A DNA stretch of 63,800 nucleotides, counting the filler. It is 3 parts of 3 records of this genome, joined end to end, with 100 filler letters (N's around TTAATTAATTAA, not from the genome) between each part and the next. Parts side by side here need not be neighbours in the genome. Positions count along the whole stretch, not along the records: positions 29,556 to 57,787 come from SRR31156797_4055; positions 57,888 to 63,800 come from SRR31156797_4057; 1 more part is not named here. One strand, 5' to 3'. The notes beneath the pieces are model-generated. The model did not search any database. It was not told the DNA's origin and was given only the letters and a program-made list of their open reading frames with translations. A program made the position numbers and the translations under genes. This document shows, one piece after another, positions 52,651 through 60,646 of this stretch; within the stretch, counting starts at the first letter, position 1; every line of letters starts with the position of its first letter.

Positions 52651-53399
52651 AGCATCTGGCCATCATAGGACTGGGAATCCTCCTCCCGGTCCTCAGCTCA
52701 TGCGATATGTTTAAGAACTCCGACTCCGTCAATCTAACCCTGAGGATTTCCGAGATCGGCAGCGTCTACTATCAGGATCCGGTTGCCGTAACGGGCCTTC
52801 CCTTTATCGAGCTCTACAACTACGGAGATGAGCCTGTTGAGCTCAGCGATATGGAGCTGCGCTGTTCGGCCTCCAAGATGGGGGCGTCCGGGCTCTGGGA
52901 AGGTTACTTCGATCTGCCGTCCCGCAGCATCCCGGCGGGGGCCTATGCCCTCCTCCGTTCCAATGCTCCGGCTCCCAGTTACGACCCGGACGCGTACGAG
53001 TATCTGAATGCCGGCGATATCCAGCGTGTGGATGATCCCGGGGAGGGGATTTATTACATCGCCAATGGTGCCTACTTTCCCTTCTGGACCAATATGGGAT
53101 TTGCCGAGCTGGTGAGCCAGGGACAGTCGGTGGACTTCGTCCGCTGGGGGAGTTCCTCCATCGCCAGTCCTGTGGAGGGGCAGTACGAATCGACTGCTCC
53201 AGCAACATCCTACGGTCTGATATACAGCGGCGAGTATGATGCGGATACATCCACCACGAAAGGTGAGGCGGACTGGTACGATAAATACAGCATCTACCGT
53301 ATAGACGAGGATGAGGATACAGAGAGCGGCCTTGACTGGCAACGGTCCGGCTCAGCAGCCTCCACGACTCCCAGCACACCCGGGAAGCCCAACTCATGA
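52647..53399 (+). CDS. Lamin-tail-domain (LTD) lipoprotein (true start MKHLA at 52647)
   Basis: Lipobox LSSC; ISEI, FIELYN...VELSDMEL, terminal TPGKPN. Confidence 0.75.
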   Translation: MKHLAIIGLGILLPVLSSCDMFKNSDSVNLTLRISEIGSVYYQDPVAVTGLPFIELYNYGDEPVELSDMELRCSASKMGASGLWEGYFDLPSRSIPAGAYALLRSNAPAPSYDPDAYEYLNAGDIQRVDDPGEGIYYIANGAYFPFWTNMGFAELVSQGQSVDFVRWGSSSIASPVEGQYESTAPATSYGLIYSGEYDADTSTTKGEADWYDKYSIYRIDEDEDTESGLDWQRSGSAASTTPSTPGKPNS

Positions 53400-54814
53400 G
53401 ACGATTGAGAGAGCGGGCGCTGGGGAGCCTTTTGTTTCTTATTCTGGCAGCACTGCCATTGGCCGCCCAGGACGGGGGAGACGATCTGATGGACGAGGAC
53501 CTGGACGCCCTGTTCGCCGAGGACGCGGATGTTCAGGATCTGGAAGAGGGGGAGGCCCCTGCCCCGGATTCCCAGAGCCGGAGCAAGGCAAAGAGCAACG
53601 CCAACGTGGAAGAGGTCGACCTGTTGGACGACATCATCAGGGGAGGGGACAAGTGGACCCTGGGAGCCGACTTCCGTTTCATGGGAGGTTCCTCCTCGGG
53701 CTATACCTATATGCCCTGGAAGCCCAGCGTCAACGATAATCAGGAACTGGAGACCATGGCCCTGCTGGACATGAGATCATCGGTGAGCCTGGATTTTCAG
53801 GTGGCGCCCGAGTTCCGGGTTTATCAGAAATACGGATTCAGTTTTCCCGAGTTAGAGATAAAGATCAATGAGTTCTTCTGCGACTACAATGTCAAAGAGA
53901 GGGCCTTTGTCCGCATGGGAAGGCAGAACCTGACCTGGGGAGCGTCCAGGAATTTCCCCTTTGCCAACCTGACCGCCCGGGTACCCGAGGACTTCGGCGA
54001 CCGGAATGACGATCCCGATCTGAGTGACGCCGACTCCTACTCCCTGAAGCTGGACGTTCCCGTCTTTATCGGAGGATTCCAGGGGCTGGTCTTTACGCGC
54101 AATGGCTTCTTCGAAGATCCCAATGCCCCCGCCGCCGATGAGATCGGCTACGGAGGCACCGTGAACATCGCCACCACCAAATTCGACCTGACCCTGGGAG
54201 CCTTCTATCATGATCAGCTGAACCTGAGGGGATTCTACTCCCTCAGCACCACCCTGTTCCGAAGATGGGAGATCTATCAGGAAGGGGTGCTCAGCTACGA
54301 TCACAACGACGATGACGTTCAGCCCGACCTGGACAACAATTTCGATCTGATCGATCTGACCTATCAGTATCCCCAGACACAGGGAGATTATGAGTATAAA
54401 GAGGCAAAATCCGATCCCTGGGACCTGTCCCTGAACATCGGCTTTTACGTGGATTTCTTCGATAAGAACCTCAAGCTCAACGGCGAGTACTTCTACTGCG
54501 GGGAAGAGACGGAGCTGGACATCAAGAACTCAGTCTATCCCCTGATCTGGGGGCATAACTTCGCCGCTTCCGCTTCCTACAGACCAGGGGGAGGGGACTT
54601 TAATTTCTTTACCCGTTTCAAGTACAACGAGAGCGAGAATTCGGGCACCGTCGTACCCGGCGTAACCTGGGACGCCCTGCCGTACCTGACCCTGAATATG
54701 GCGCTGCCCGTGGTCTTCGGCTCCCTGGACGGGACCTACTATCGTTACAATCCGGACAATATGGATCGGCCGGTAAGCTTTATGCTCTACGGCCTCATCT
54801 CTGGAAAAATATGA
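53396..54814 (+). CDS. Probable outer-membrane beta-barrel protein
   Basis: Signal peptide, acidic linker, alternating aromatic strands, RMGRQNLTWG motif. Confidence 0.6.
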   Translation: MRRLRERALGSLLFLILAALPLAAQDGGDDLMDEDLDALFAEDADVQDLEEGEAPAPDSQSRSKAKSNANVEEVDLLDDIIRGGDKWTLGADFRFMGGSSSGYTYMPWKPSVNDNQELETMALLDMRSSVSLDFQVAPEFRVYQKYGFSFPELEIKINEFFCDYNVKERAFVRMGRQNLTWGASRNFPFANLTARVPEDFGDRNDDPDLSDADSYSLKLDVPVFIGGFQGLVFTRNGFFEDPNAPAADEIGYGGTVNIATTKFDLTLGAFYHDQLNLRGFYSLSTTLFRRWEIYQEGVLSYDHNDDDVQPDLDNNFDLIDLTYQYPQTQGDYEYKEAKSDPWDLSLNIGFYVDFFDKNLKLNGEYFYCGEETELDIKNSVYPLIWGHNFAASASYRPGGGDFNFFTRFKYNESENSGTVVPGVTWDALPYLTLNMALPVVFGSLDGTYYRYNPDNMDRPVSFMLYGLISGKI

Positions 54815-55156
54815 TTTCATGAGCAGGTTCTGTGAATCAAAGCTCTTCGCTCTTCTCCTCAATAGGGAAACACTGCGTCTTAAAGGGATGGGACTGGGGG
54901 ATATGATAGAGACAAATCCCTCGATTCCTTCAATGCCGATATGAAAGATATGCACGGTTCTTCCATTGACCCGGCTATGCCATTGCTCTGAAAGATCTAT
55001 CCAATCGTGCTGTGGATGTGGAACCCGATCCCCCGGGGGGCCGTTGCGAGGGCATGGCCCCCTGAGCCGGATTCGTAAAACCTACTTAATTTAACTGTGT
55101 TGTCGTAATGTCCTTTGGGCAGTGCCAATCGCCCTCTGGCTCATTACAGTATTGAT

Positions 55157-55882
55157 TCAGTTTGCCTTGACCACAATGGAATCTCTATCGATATAAACCC
55201 TGTCGATGGTTTGGGTGCTTTTTATATAAAAGTACTCCCTTCTCTCTTCGTCCAGGTTGTTATGATACACATTGTGGCAGTACTCCTGGCCGTCGCTTGT
55301 CCGCAGGTAGAAATCAAAGCGGATCTCGTCAATATGGCGGGAGTAGGGATTCCCAAAGATATAGTCCACACAGACCTTGTTTCGGAATATGGAACTGTCC
55401 GATTCGTCAACCAGGTCGGCTGCGGCTCTTACCGGCGTCTCGATGGTAAGATGCTCAATGAGATCCACAACGATCATTTGGAATGTCGTTTCGGCACTGA
55501 GCCCTCTCTTATCCTTGACCGTTGCCACTACCGTCCAGTCTCCTGGATCGTTGTCCAACTTTTTCAGTGAGACCCTATACTCCTCCGGATTCTTCCATTG
55601 ACCCACATCTTCCACAGATTCGTACTTCAGTTCATCACCATAGTACACAATCAGAATGATCTCATCGATATTCTCATCCTCATCCGATAGGTTCAGAACG
55701 ACAATAGGAGTCTCTCCCCCGTAATAGGCGTTGGCTTCGTTTGATACGTTGTTTCCGTCAGTCAGGACGGCCGATTCGATGACGGGCTCCGATCCTTTCT
55801 TCGACGCCGACAGCTCGCAGTTTGAGAGAAGGGGGAGAAAAAGTAACACATTCAGAACGCATCGTTTTAGGGTCGTTTTCAT
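55157..55882 (-). CDS. Hypothetical exported (lipo)protein, beta-rich
   Basis: Signal peptide with LSNC; GGAG RBS upstream. Confidence 0.6.
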   Translation of the reverse strand: MKTTLKRCVLNVLLFLPLLSNCELSASKKGSEPVIESAVLTDGNNVSNEANAYYGGETPIVVLNLSDEDENIDEIILIVYYGDELKYESVEDVGQWKNPEEYRVSLKKLDNDPGDWTVVATVKDKRGLSAETTFQMIVVDLIEHLTIETPVRAAADLVDESDSSIFRNKVCVDYIFGNPYSRHIDEIRFDFYLRTSDGQEYCHNVYHNNLDEERREYFYIKSTQTIDRVYIDRDSIVVKAN

Positions 55883-55906
55883 GATTCAGGCTCCATGAGA
55901 CAGTCG

Positions 55907-56668
55907 TTACTGCAGGTATTTGAGAAGGCCTTTGACTGCGTAATGGGAAAAGTAGTAGAGACTTATGGGCAAGGAGAATCTTTTCACGTTTCTGTAGAAC
56001 TCCCACTGCCGCCTGGCTTCCACTCTCTTGTTTCCGGTCAGAGAGTCGTTGTGGATGCGCAGAAGAGCGAGATCCTCCCTCAGGCCGTGGGCGTATGGTA
56101 TCTTTTCCAGCAGAGTGACCCAGAGGTGAAGATCGTCCTTTGTCTTAACGTCCCTGTCCTGGAGAATGGGGCCTGTTATCTCTGTGTCCATAAGCGCTGA
56201 TGAGGCCATGATGCTACAGGTTTGGAGGATCTTGTGCCTGGTGAGGCGGGCGGGAATGGGCATGGGATAGCTGCTGATCGGTCTGCCGTCCATGTCAATT
56301 TTCCTGTAGCTTGTGTAGCTCAGGCCCGACTTATTTTTCTTCATGAAAGATGTCTGTTTTTCCAGCTTCTCAGGCTGCCACAGATCATCTATGTCACAGA
56401 AGGCGATGAATCTTCCCCTGGCCTCCTTCAGTCCCATATTCCGGGCCTTGACGGCCCCTCCGTTACGGTCCATCCGGAATAGGCGGATACGCTTGTCTTC
56501 CCTGGCGATTTTACGGAGAAGGACATGGGTCGGGTCTGTGGAAGAATCGTCGATGATGATCCACTCGAAATTCGTTAAAGTCTGACTGGTTATGCTTTTA
56601 AAAGAATCCAGAATGAACTTGTAGCCGTTGTATACCGGCGTGATGATGCTGACTTCGGGGTGTCCCAT
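55907..56668 (-). CDS. Glycosyltransferase family 2 (TuaG-like); likely start MGHPE
   Basis: SIITPVYN, DDSSTD, ARNMG, FCDIDDLW, KLEKQ. Confidence 0.87.
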   Translation of the reverse strand: MGHPEVSIITPVYNGYKFILDSFKSITSQTLTNFEWIIIDDSSTDPTHVLLRKIAREDKRIRLFRMDRNGGAVKARNMGLKEARGRFIAFCDIDDLWQPEKLEKQTSFMKKNKSGLSYTSYRKIDMDGRPISSYPMPIPARLTRHKILQTCSIMASSALMDTEITGPILQDRDVKTKDDLHLWVTLLEKIPYAHGLREDLALLRIHNDSLTGNKRVEARRQWEFYRNVKRFSLPISLYYFSHYAVKGLLKYLQ

Positions 56669-57091
56669 ACTGCCTTCCGTTTTAGTATGTTTTATTGTCT
56701 CAGATAGGGAGGGGAAGGGACTATAGGAAAATGTCCTAATTGATCCTTTGACAGGGTGTTTTTGTGGTGATTCATAAGTGAATGGCTGTGTCATAAAGAA
56801 TCGTCTGTTTCTTGAATCGGCAGAGCGGAGCCGTCCGTATAAACACATGGTAAAGGGGGCGAAGTTGTCAGATCCCTGGAGACGGCTTTTGCAGATTCCG
56901 CCCGTCTTCCGCAGGCTGACCCCGGCTGCAGAGGCGCAGCGCGGCAGTCGGGGGCCGAAGCGGCAGCGGGGGCCCGGAGAACGCGGTCCCCGCAGGGGAT
57001 TTTGTCAAAGAAACAATCACAAATCTCTATGAATTTCATTGAAATCGGGTTTTCAGCCCTTTACAACAACCTTGGGCTGTCTTATTCTTAT

Positions 57092-57115
57092 ATTGTACTA
57101 TAGGACTAGTACAAT
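57092..57115. promoter_or_regulatory. Putative YtrA-type GntR operator
   Basis: Perfect inverted repeat ATTGTACTA-N6-TAGTACAAT, 14 nt upstream of the GntR start. Confidence 0.65.
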
Positions 57116-57129
57116 GGAGCATTGGTACA

Positions 57130-57534
57130 ATGGCATTGAAAGAAGCGGAAGTAAAGAAGCTGGACTTTTCCCTGGATCCCAAGAGCGGGGTGCCCTACTA
57201 CAAGCAGATCATTCTGCAGGTGGAGCTGGCGGTGGCCGATGGCCGCCTTATCAAGGGGGAGCAGCTGCCCACGGTGCGGGGACTGGCCGTTGAGCTGAGG
57301 ATCAATCCCAACACGGTGAGCCGGGCGTACAACGAGATGGAGATCCGGGGGATCGTGACCACCCAGCAGGGGACGGGCACCTTTATCAGCGACCGGGAGA
57401 TCAACCTGGATGAGGTGGAGCGGGAGAGGGTGCTGGCCCAGATCGTGCGGCCCGTGGTGATCAAGGCCGGCTCCTACGGATTTTCCATAGATGATTTGAT
57501 CGGATTCCTGAAAAATATGAAGGAGGATAGGTGA
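57130..57534 (+). CDS. GntR-family regulator (YtrA subfamily)
   Basis: PYYKQI, LPTVRGLA, INPNTVSRAY, GTGTFI; short C-terminus. Confidence 0.92.
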   Translation: MALKEAEVKKLDFSLDPKSGVPYYKQIILQVELAVADGRLIKGEQLPTVRGLAVELRINPNTVSRAYNEMEIRGIVTTQQGTGTFISDREINLDEVERERVLAQIVRPVVIKAGSYGFSIDDLIGFLKNMKEDR

Positions 57535-57787
57535 TGAACCTGTTCAGAGAGAAACTGGAGAGAGTGAATAATCAGAAGAAGGCGACATTGAAGAGGGATT
57601 ACAGCTTTAACGCCTTCTCCTTTCTGATCCTGGGCGTTTTTCTGGCCCTGGGGATAGGGGCCCAGAGCCTCTGGGGCTGGGAGAGCGATCTGGAGAGGAT
57701 GGTTTTTTTCGGCGGGGCCGTTCTGGCCGGCGGGCTTGTGATGACCCTTATGCCCCTGTGGATCCTCAACATCCTGATGATCCTGGG
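57531..57787 (+). CDS. Membrane protein, N-terminal fragment cut by contig end
   Basis: Overlaps GntR stop, AAGGAGG RBS, hydrophobic helices. Confidence 0.6.
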
Positions 57788-57887
57788 NNNNNNNNNNNNN
57801 NNNNNNNNNNNNNNNNNNNNNNNNNNNNNNNTTAATTAATTAANNNNNNNNNNNNNNNNNNNNNNNNNNNNNNNNNNNNNNNNNNNN
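57788..57887. other. Artificial contig spacer
   Basis: N44-TTAATTAATTAA-N44. Confidence 0.99.
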
Positions 57888-58445
57888 AACAGTTGTTTCT
57901 TCGATATATTCACCAAGTTCTAACATTGCATTTGTACTATTAGCTGCAAGATAATCTTTTCTTGCGATACTAACACCAACTGCTGTTGCTTCAAGAACTT
58001 TTGAAGTTAAACCTTCACTAAATAACTCTTTTGCACCTTCAATTAATAAAGGTCTAGAAGCGTATGAAGTGATTGCAAATTTTGCCCAATCATTGTGGAT
58101 AACTCTTTCAGCACCTAAAGCGATACCTGCTCTAAGAAGTCCATTTAAACTAGGTTTCTCTTCACCAACACAATCAACACAATCACTTAAAAATGTTTCG
58201 CAAACCTTGTATCTGTTTAAATCAAGATCTTCTAAAATATCTTTTATAGTGTCTAATGCTTTTCCATCATGTGTGAAAACAATAGATCCAATTTTTTTAT
58301 TAACTCTTACATTATCTATTCCATCAACAGATTCTAAATATTGAATTAAAGATGAGTTATTAAACTCTTGAGACTTTAACTCTTCAAAATAAAACCTCGC
58401 TCTTTTTTTAGTTTTATGTAAAAGTTTTATATTGTTTCGGCTCAT
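57888..58445 (-). CDS. P1B-type ATPase N-terminal fragment (FezB-like), truncated
   Basis: RARF HMA2-like N-domain; SKVLEATAVGVSIARKDYLAANSTNAMLELGEYIEE corresponds to the first TMs of P1B ATPases. Confidence 0.75.
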
Positions 58446-58456
58446 TATCTCTCTTA

Positions 58457-58792
58457 TTATTCTTGTGCTTCCATTTCAGCTTTAGCATCTTCAAATCTTT
58501 CTTTCATCTCTTCGATTCCAGCGCTAAAAAGTGTGCTTCCTTTTGCAATTGTTCTAAAAATAGCTTTTTGAGCATTTTCATTTGTTAAAATATATGCTCC
58601 AACTGCTCCTACAACTGCGCCAAGTAAAAACTTGTTTGTATCAAATGAACCTAATAATCCAGAATCAGCATTTGCAGAATTATCGATATATGGATTTTGG
58701 TTTACCAAATTTACATCTTGTGCTTGATTTACATTAGCATTTGTTTGATTGATATATGGGTTTTGATTAATATTGTTCATATTATTTGCCAT
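58457..58792 (-). CDS. Small GxxxG membrane protein (FezA/YtxH-like) with two NQNPYI repeats
   Basis: FLLGAVVGAVGAY helix, C-terminal EEMKERFEDAKAE. Confidence 0.75.
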   Translation of the reverse strand: MANNMNNINQNPYINQTNANVNQAQDVNLVNQNPYIDNSANADSGLLGSFDTNKFLLGAVVGAVGAYILTNENAQKAIFRTIAKGSTLFSAGIEEMKERFEDAKAEMEAQE

Positions 58793-59148
58793 TATGCTTC
58801 CTCTTCTTCAATTTCTTCTTCAACAATTGGTCTTTGACATAATTTTTCACTAATTTTCTCAACAGCATAAACTCCTGCCATACCAACTGAAAGTGCAGTT
58901 AACATTTTAAATGTACTACCTTCTCCTAAATAGTTTGCAGCTGCAATTGCACTTCCAGTAGCAATTCCACCTTGTGCAGAAAGCTTTATTGAGTCACTAA
59001 TCGCTGCATTTTTACCAATTTGACCTTTTTTGAACTTGTTATAATTTATCCCTGCAGCTAATGCTCCTGCAGCTAAAGAACCACTTACAACATGACCTGT
59101 AACATTTCTTGGTGTTCCTGTATTAACAGATAATAAATTAGTTGCCAT
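58792..59148 (-). CDS. Small Gly/Ala-rich membrane protein (MamC-like / Fez accessory)
   Basis: SGSLAAGALAAG, GGIATGSAIAAA, VGMAGVY; acidic tail. Confidence 0.65.
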   Translation of the reverse strand: MATNLLSVNTGTPRNVTGHVVSGSLAAGALAAGINYNKFKKGQIGKNAAISDSIKLSAQGGIATGSAIAAANYLGEGSTFKMLTALSVGMAGVYAVEKISEKLCQRPIVEEEIEEEEA

Positions 59149-59389
59149 TGGCTACTTCTCCTTTTTCTTCAATATTTTCTTCTTTTTTCTTTGTTTTTAT
59201 AGCTTCAACTTTTTCAGTAACAGTTGCTTTCACATCTTTTGAAAGCTTTTTTGTTTTTTCAAAACCCTCTTCAGCATATTTTTTTGCTTTTGAGGCACCA
59301 TTTTTTACACTTTTTTTAATCTCACTTTTATTGTTATAAGCAACTACAGCAACAGCTCCTGCTGCAATTCCAGCGATGAAAGGTAACAT
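59138..59389 (-). CDS. Small GxxxG membrane protein with Lys-rich helical tail
   Basis: MLPFIAGIAAGAVAVVAY; GAGGAG RBS. Confidence 0.75.
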   Translation of the reverse strand: MLPFIAGIAAGAVAVVAYNNKSEIKKSVKNGASKAKKYAEEGFEKTKKLSKDVKATVTEKVEAIKTKKKEENIEEKGEVANGN

Positions 59390-59390
59390 A

Positions 59391-59489
59391 TTAATTCTCC
59401 TCTACTTTTTTAAGTTTTTTATTTTTACTGAATAGTACAGCAACTGTACCACCAACTAACGCACCTAATGCAAAAGGAATAAACGGCAT
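59391..59489 (-). CDS. 32-aa GxxxG microprotein absent from ORF track
   Basis: MPFIPFALGALVGGTVAVLFSKNKKLKKVEEN*; GGAGG RBS; fills the gap with 1-nt spacing on both sides. Confidence 0.75.
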   Translation of the reverse strand: MPFIPFALGALVGGTVAVLFSKNKKLKKVEEN

Positions 59490-59490
59490 A

Positions 59491-60267
59491 TTACACCTCC
59501 TCTTCTTCTTTAGATTCTTCTTCCTTATCTTTTACAACTTGAGATAAAACTCCAGCACCAACAGCGCCTAATAAAGCACCACCAATAAATGATACATTTG
59601 AATTATTTAATAGTTTTAAAATATCTTCTTGATTAAAGTTTCCAGAAGCAAATTTCGAAGCCATTGCACTAATTTCATCCATCTTACTTATAGCTTCATC
59701 TATATTATGTATTGAATTTTCTTGATGTATTGTATTTACATTTACATCATTTATGTTTGTATTAGAGTGTTGAGCTACTGCTTGTCTTAAAGCTGGTAAA
59801 TGATTGTTGTAAGATGCTGCTTGCAATCTGTATAAAAGATCTAAAATATCAGGATACTCTTTTGCGTATGTGATTAAATTGTCATACATTTTTATATTAT
59901 CAATCTCTTCTGCAACTGCAACTTCTGCCGCTTCTAAAAGAGTATTTGGTTCTTCAACTTTTATAACCCAGTCATTTAAAGGTGCAGGAACTTGATATTT
60001 TTCCATTAATACAGTTATCTCTTCATAATGACTAATCTCTGCTTGTAAGATATTAGTAAAAGGTGTTATCTCTCCAAATTTTTCAATTATAACTTTATAG
60101 TTTTCATATGCATGATATTCATCATACACTGCTATTCTTAGTACTTGATGTAAAATTGGTTCAGGATAACTTGGGTTAACTCTTAATCCATCTAATAAGT
60201 CTTGGTCAAAATTTGAAGTGGGTAGATTTTCTTGACTAGTTGTTTGTTCTTCTAAGTTCTCTTCCAT
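59491..60267 (-). CDS. Ferritin-like protein (DUF2202-type) with C-terminal GxxxG membrane tail (FezD-like)
   Basis: DEYHAY...PFTNILQAEISH...EEIDNIKMYD...ASYNNHL; tail FIGGALLGAVGAGVL. Confidence 0.8.
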   Translation of the reverse strand: MEENLEEQTTSQENLPTSNFDQDLLDGLRVNPSYPEPILHQVLRIAVYDEYHAYENYKVIIEKFGEITPFTNILQAEISHYEEITVLMEKYQVPAPLNDWVIKVEEPNTLLEAAEVAVAEEIDNIKMYDNLITYAKEYPDILDLLYRLQAASYNNHLPALRQAVAQHSNTNINDVNVNTIHQENSIHNIDEAISKMDEISAMASKFASGNFNQEDILKLLNNSNVSFIGGALLGAVGAGVLSQVVKDKEEESKEEEEV

Positions 60268-60269
60268 CT

Positions 60270-60584
60270 TTATACAACCTCTTTAGTAAGTTTATTTAAA
60301 ATCTCAGCTATTTCTTCAAGGTTTTCTTGATTTATCATATCTTTCCATAATCTATCTGGAAACACTGAGTTATCGTACTCAATTGTAATCGAACCGATAA
60401 TTTTATTGATTTTTATCTTTTTAATTCCCGCTATTTTATTAGGAATATCCTCAATATCTTCTAAAGTAATATCATTACTTTGTTCCTTTATTTTTGGACT
60501 TACCCTTACTCTTATTCTTCCTTTTGTATGGTGTACTAATGTTAAATAAGAGCCTATTTCAATTAGTTTTTCTACTGTTATCAA
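60270..60584 (-). CDS. HMA2-domain protein
   Basis: VHHTKGRIRVR, GIKKIKINKIIGSITIEYD. Confidence 0.8.
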   Translation of the reverse strand: MITVEKLIEIGSYLTLVHHTKGRIRVRVSPKIKEQSNDITLEDIEDIPNKIAGIKKIKINKIIGSITIEYDNSVFPDRLWKDMINQENLEEIAEILNKLTKEVV

Positions 60585-60646
60585 TATTTGTATCCTTTTT
60601 GTAATCTAATTATTGTAAAAAAAAATAAATTTAAGCTTAATATAAA

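Noticed and set aside
33599-54304. Long antisense ORFs (e.g. 34979-36457, 40043-40978, 50265-51317)
   Set aside because: Expected from GC-rich codon bias opposite real genes
54815-55156. GC-rich hairpins and short ORFs between convergent genes
   Set aside because: No recognisable RNA family or supported start; likely a terminator region
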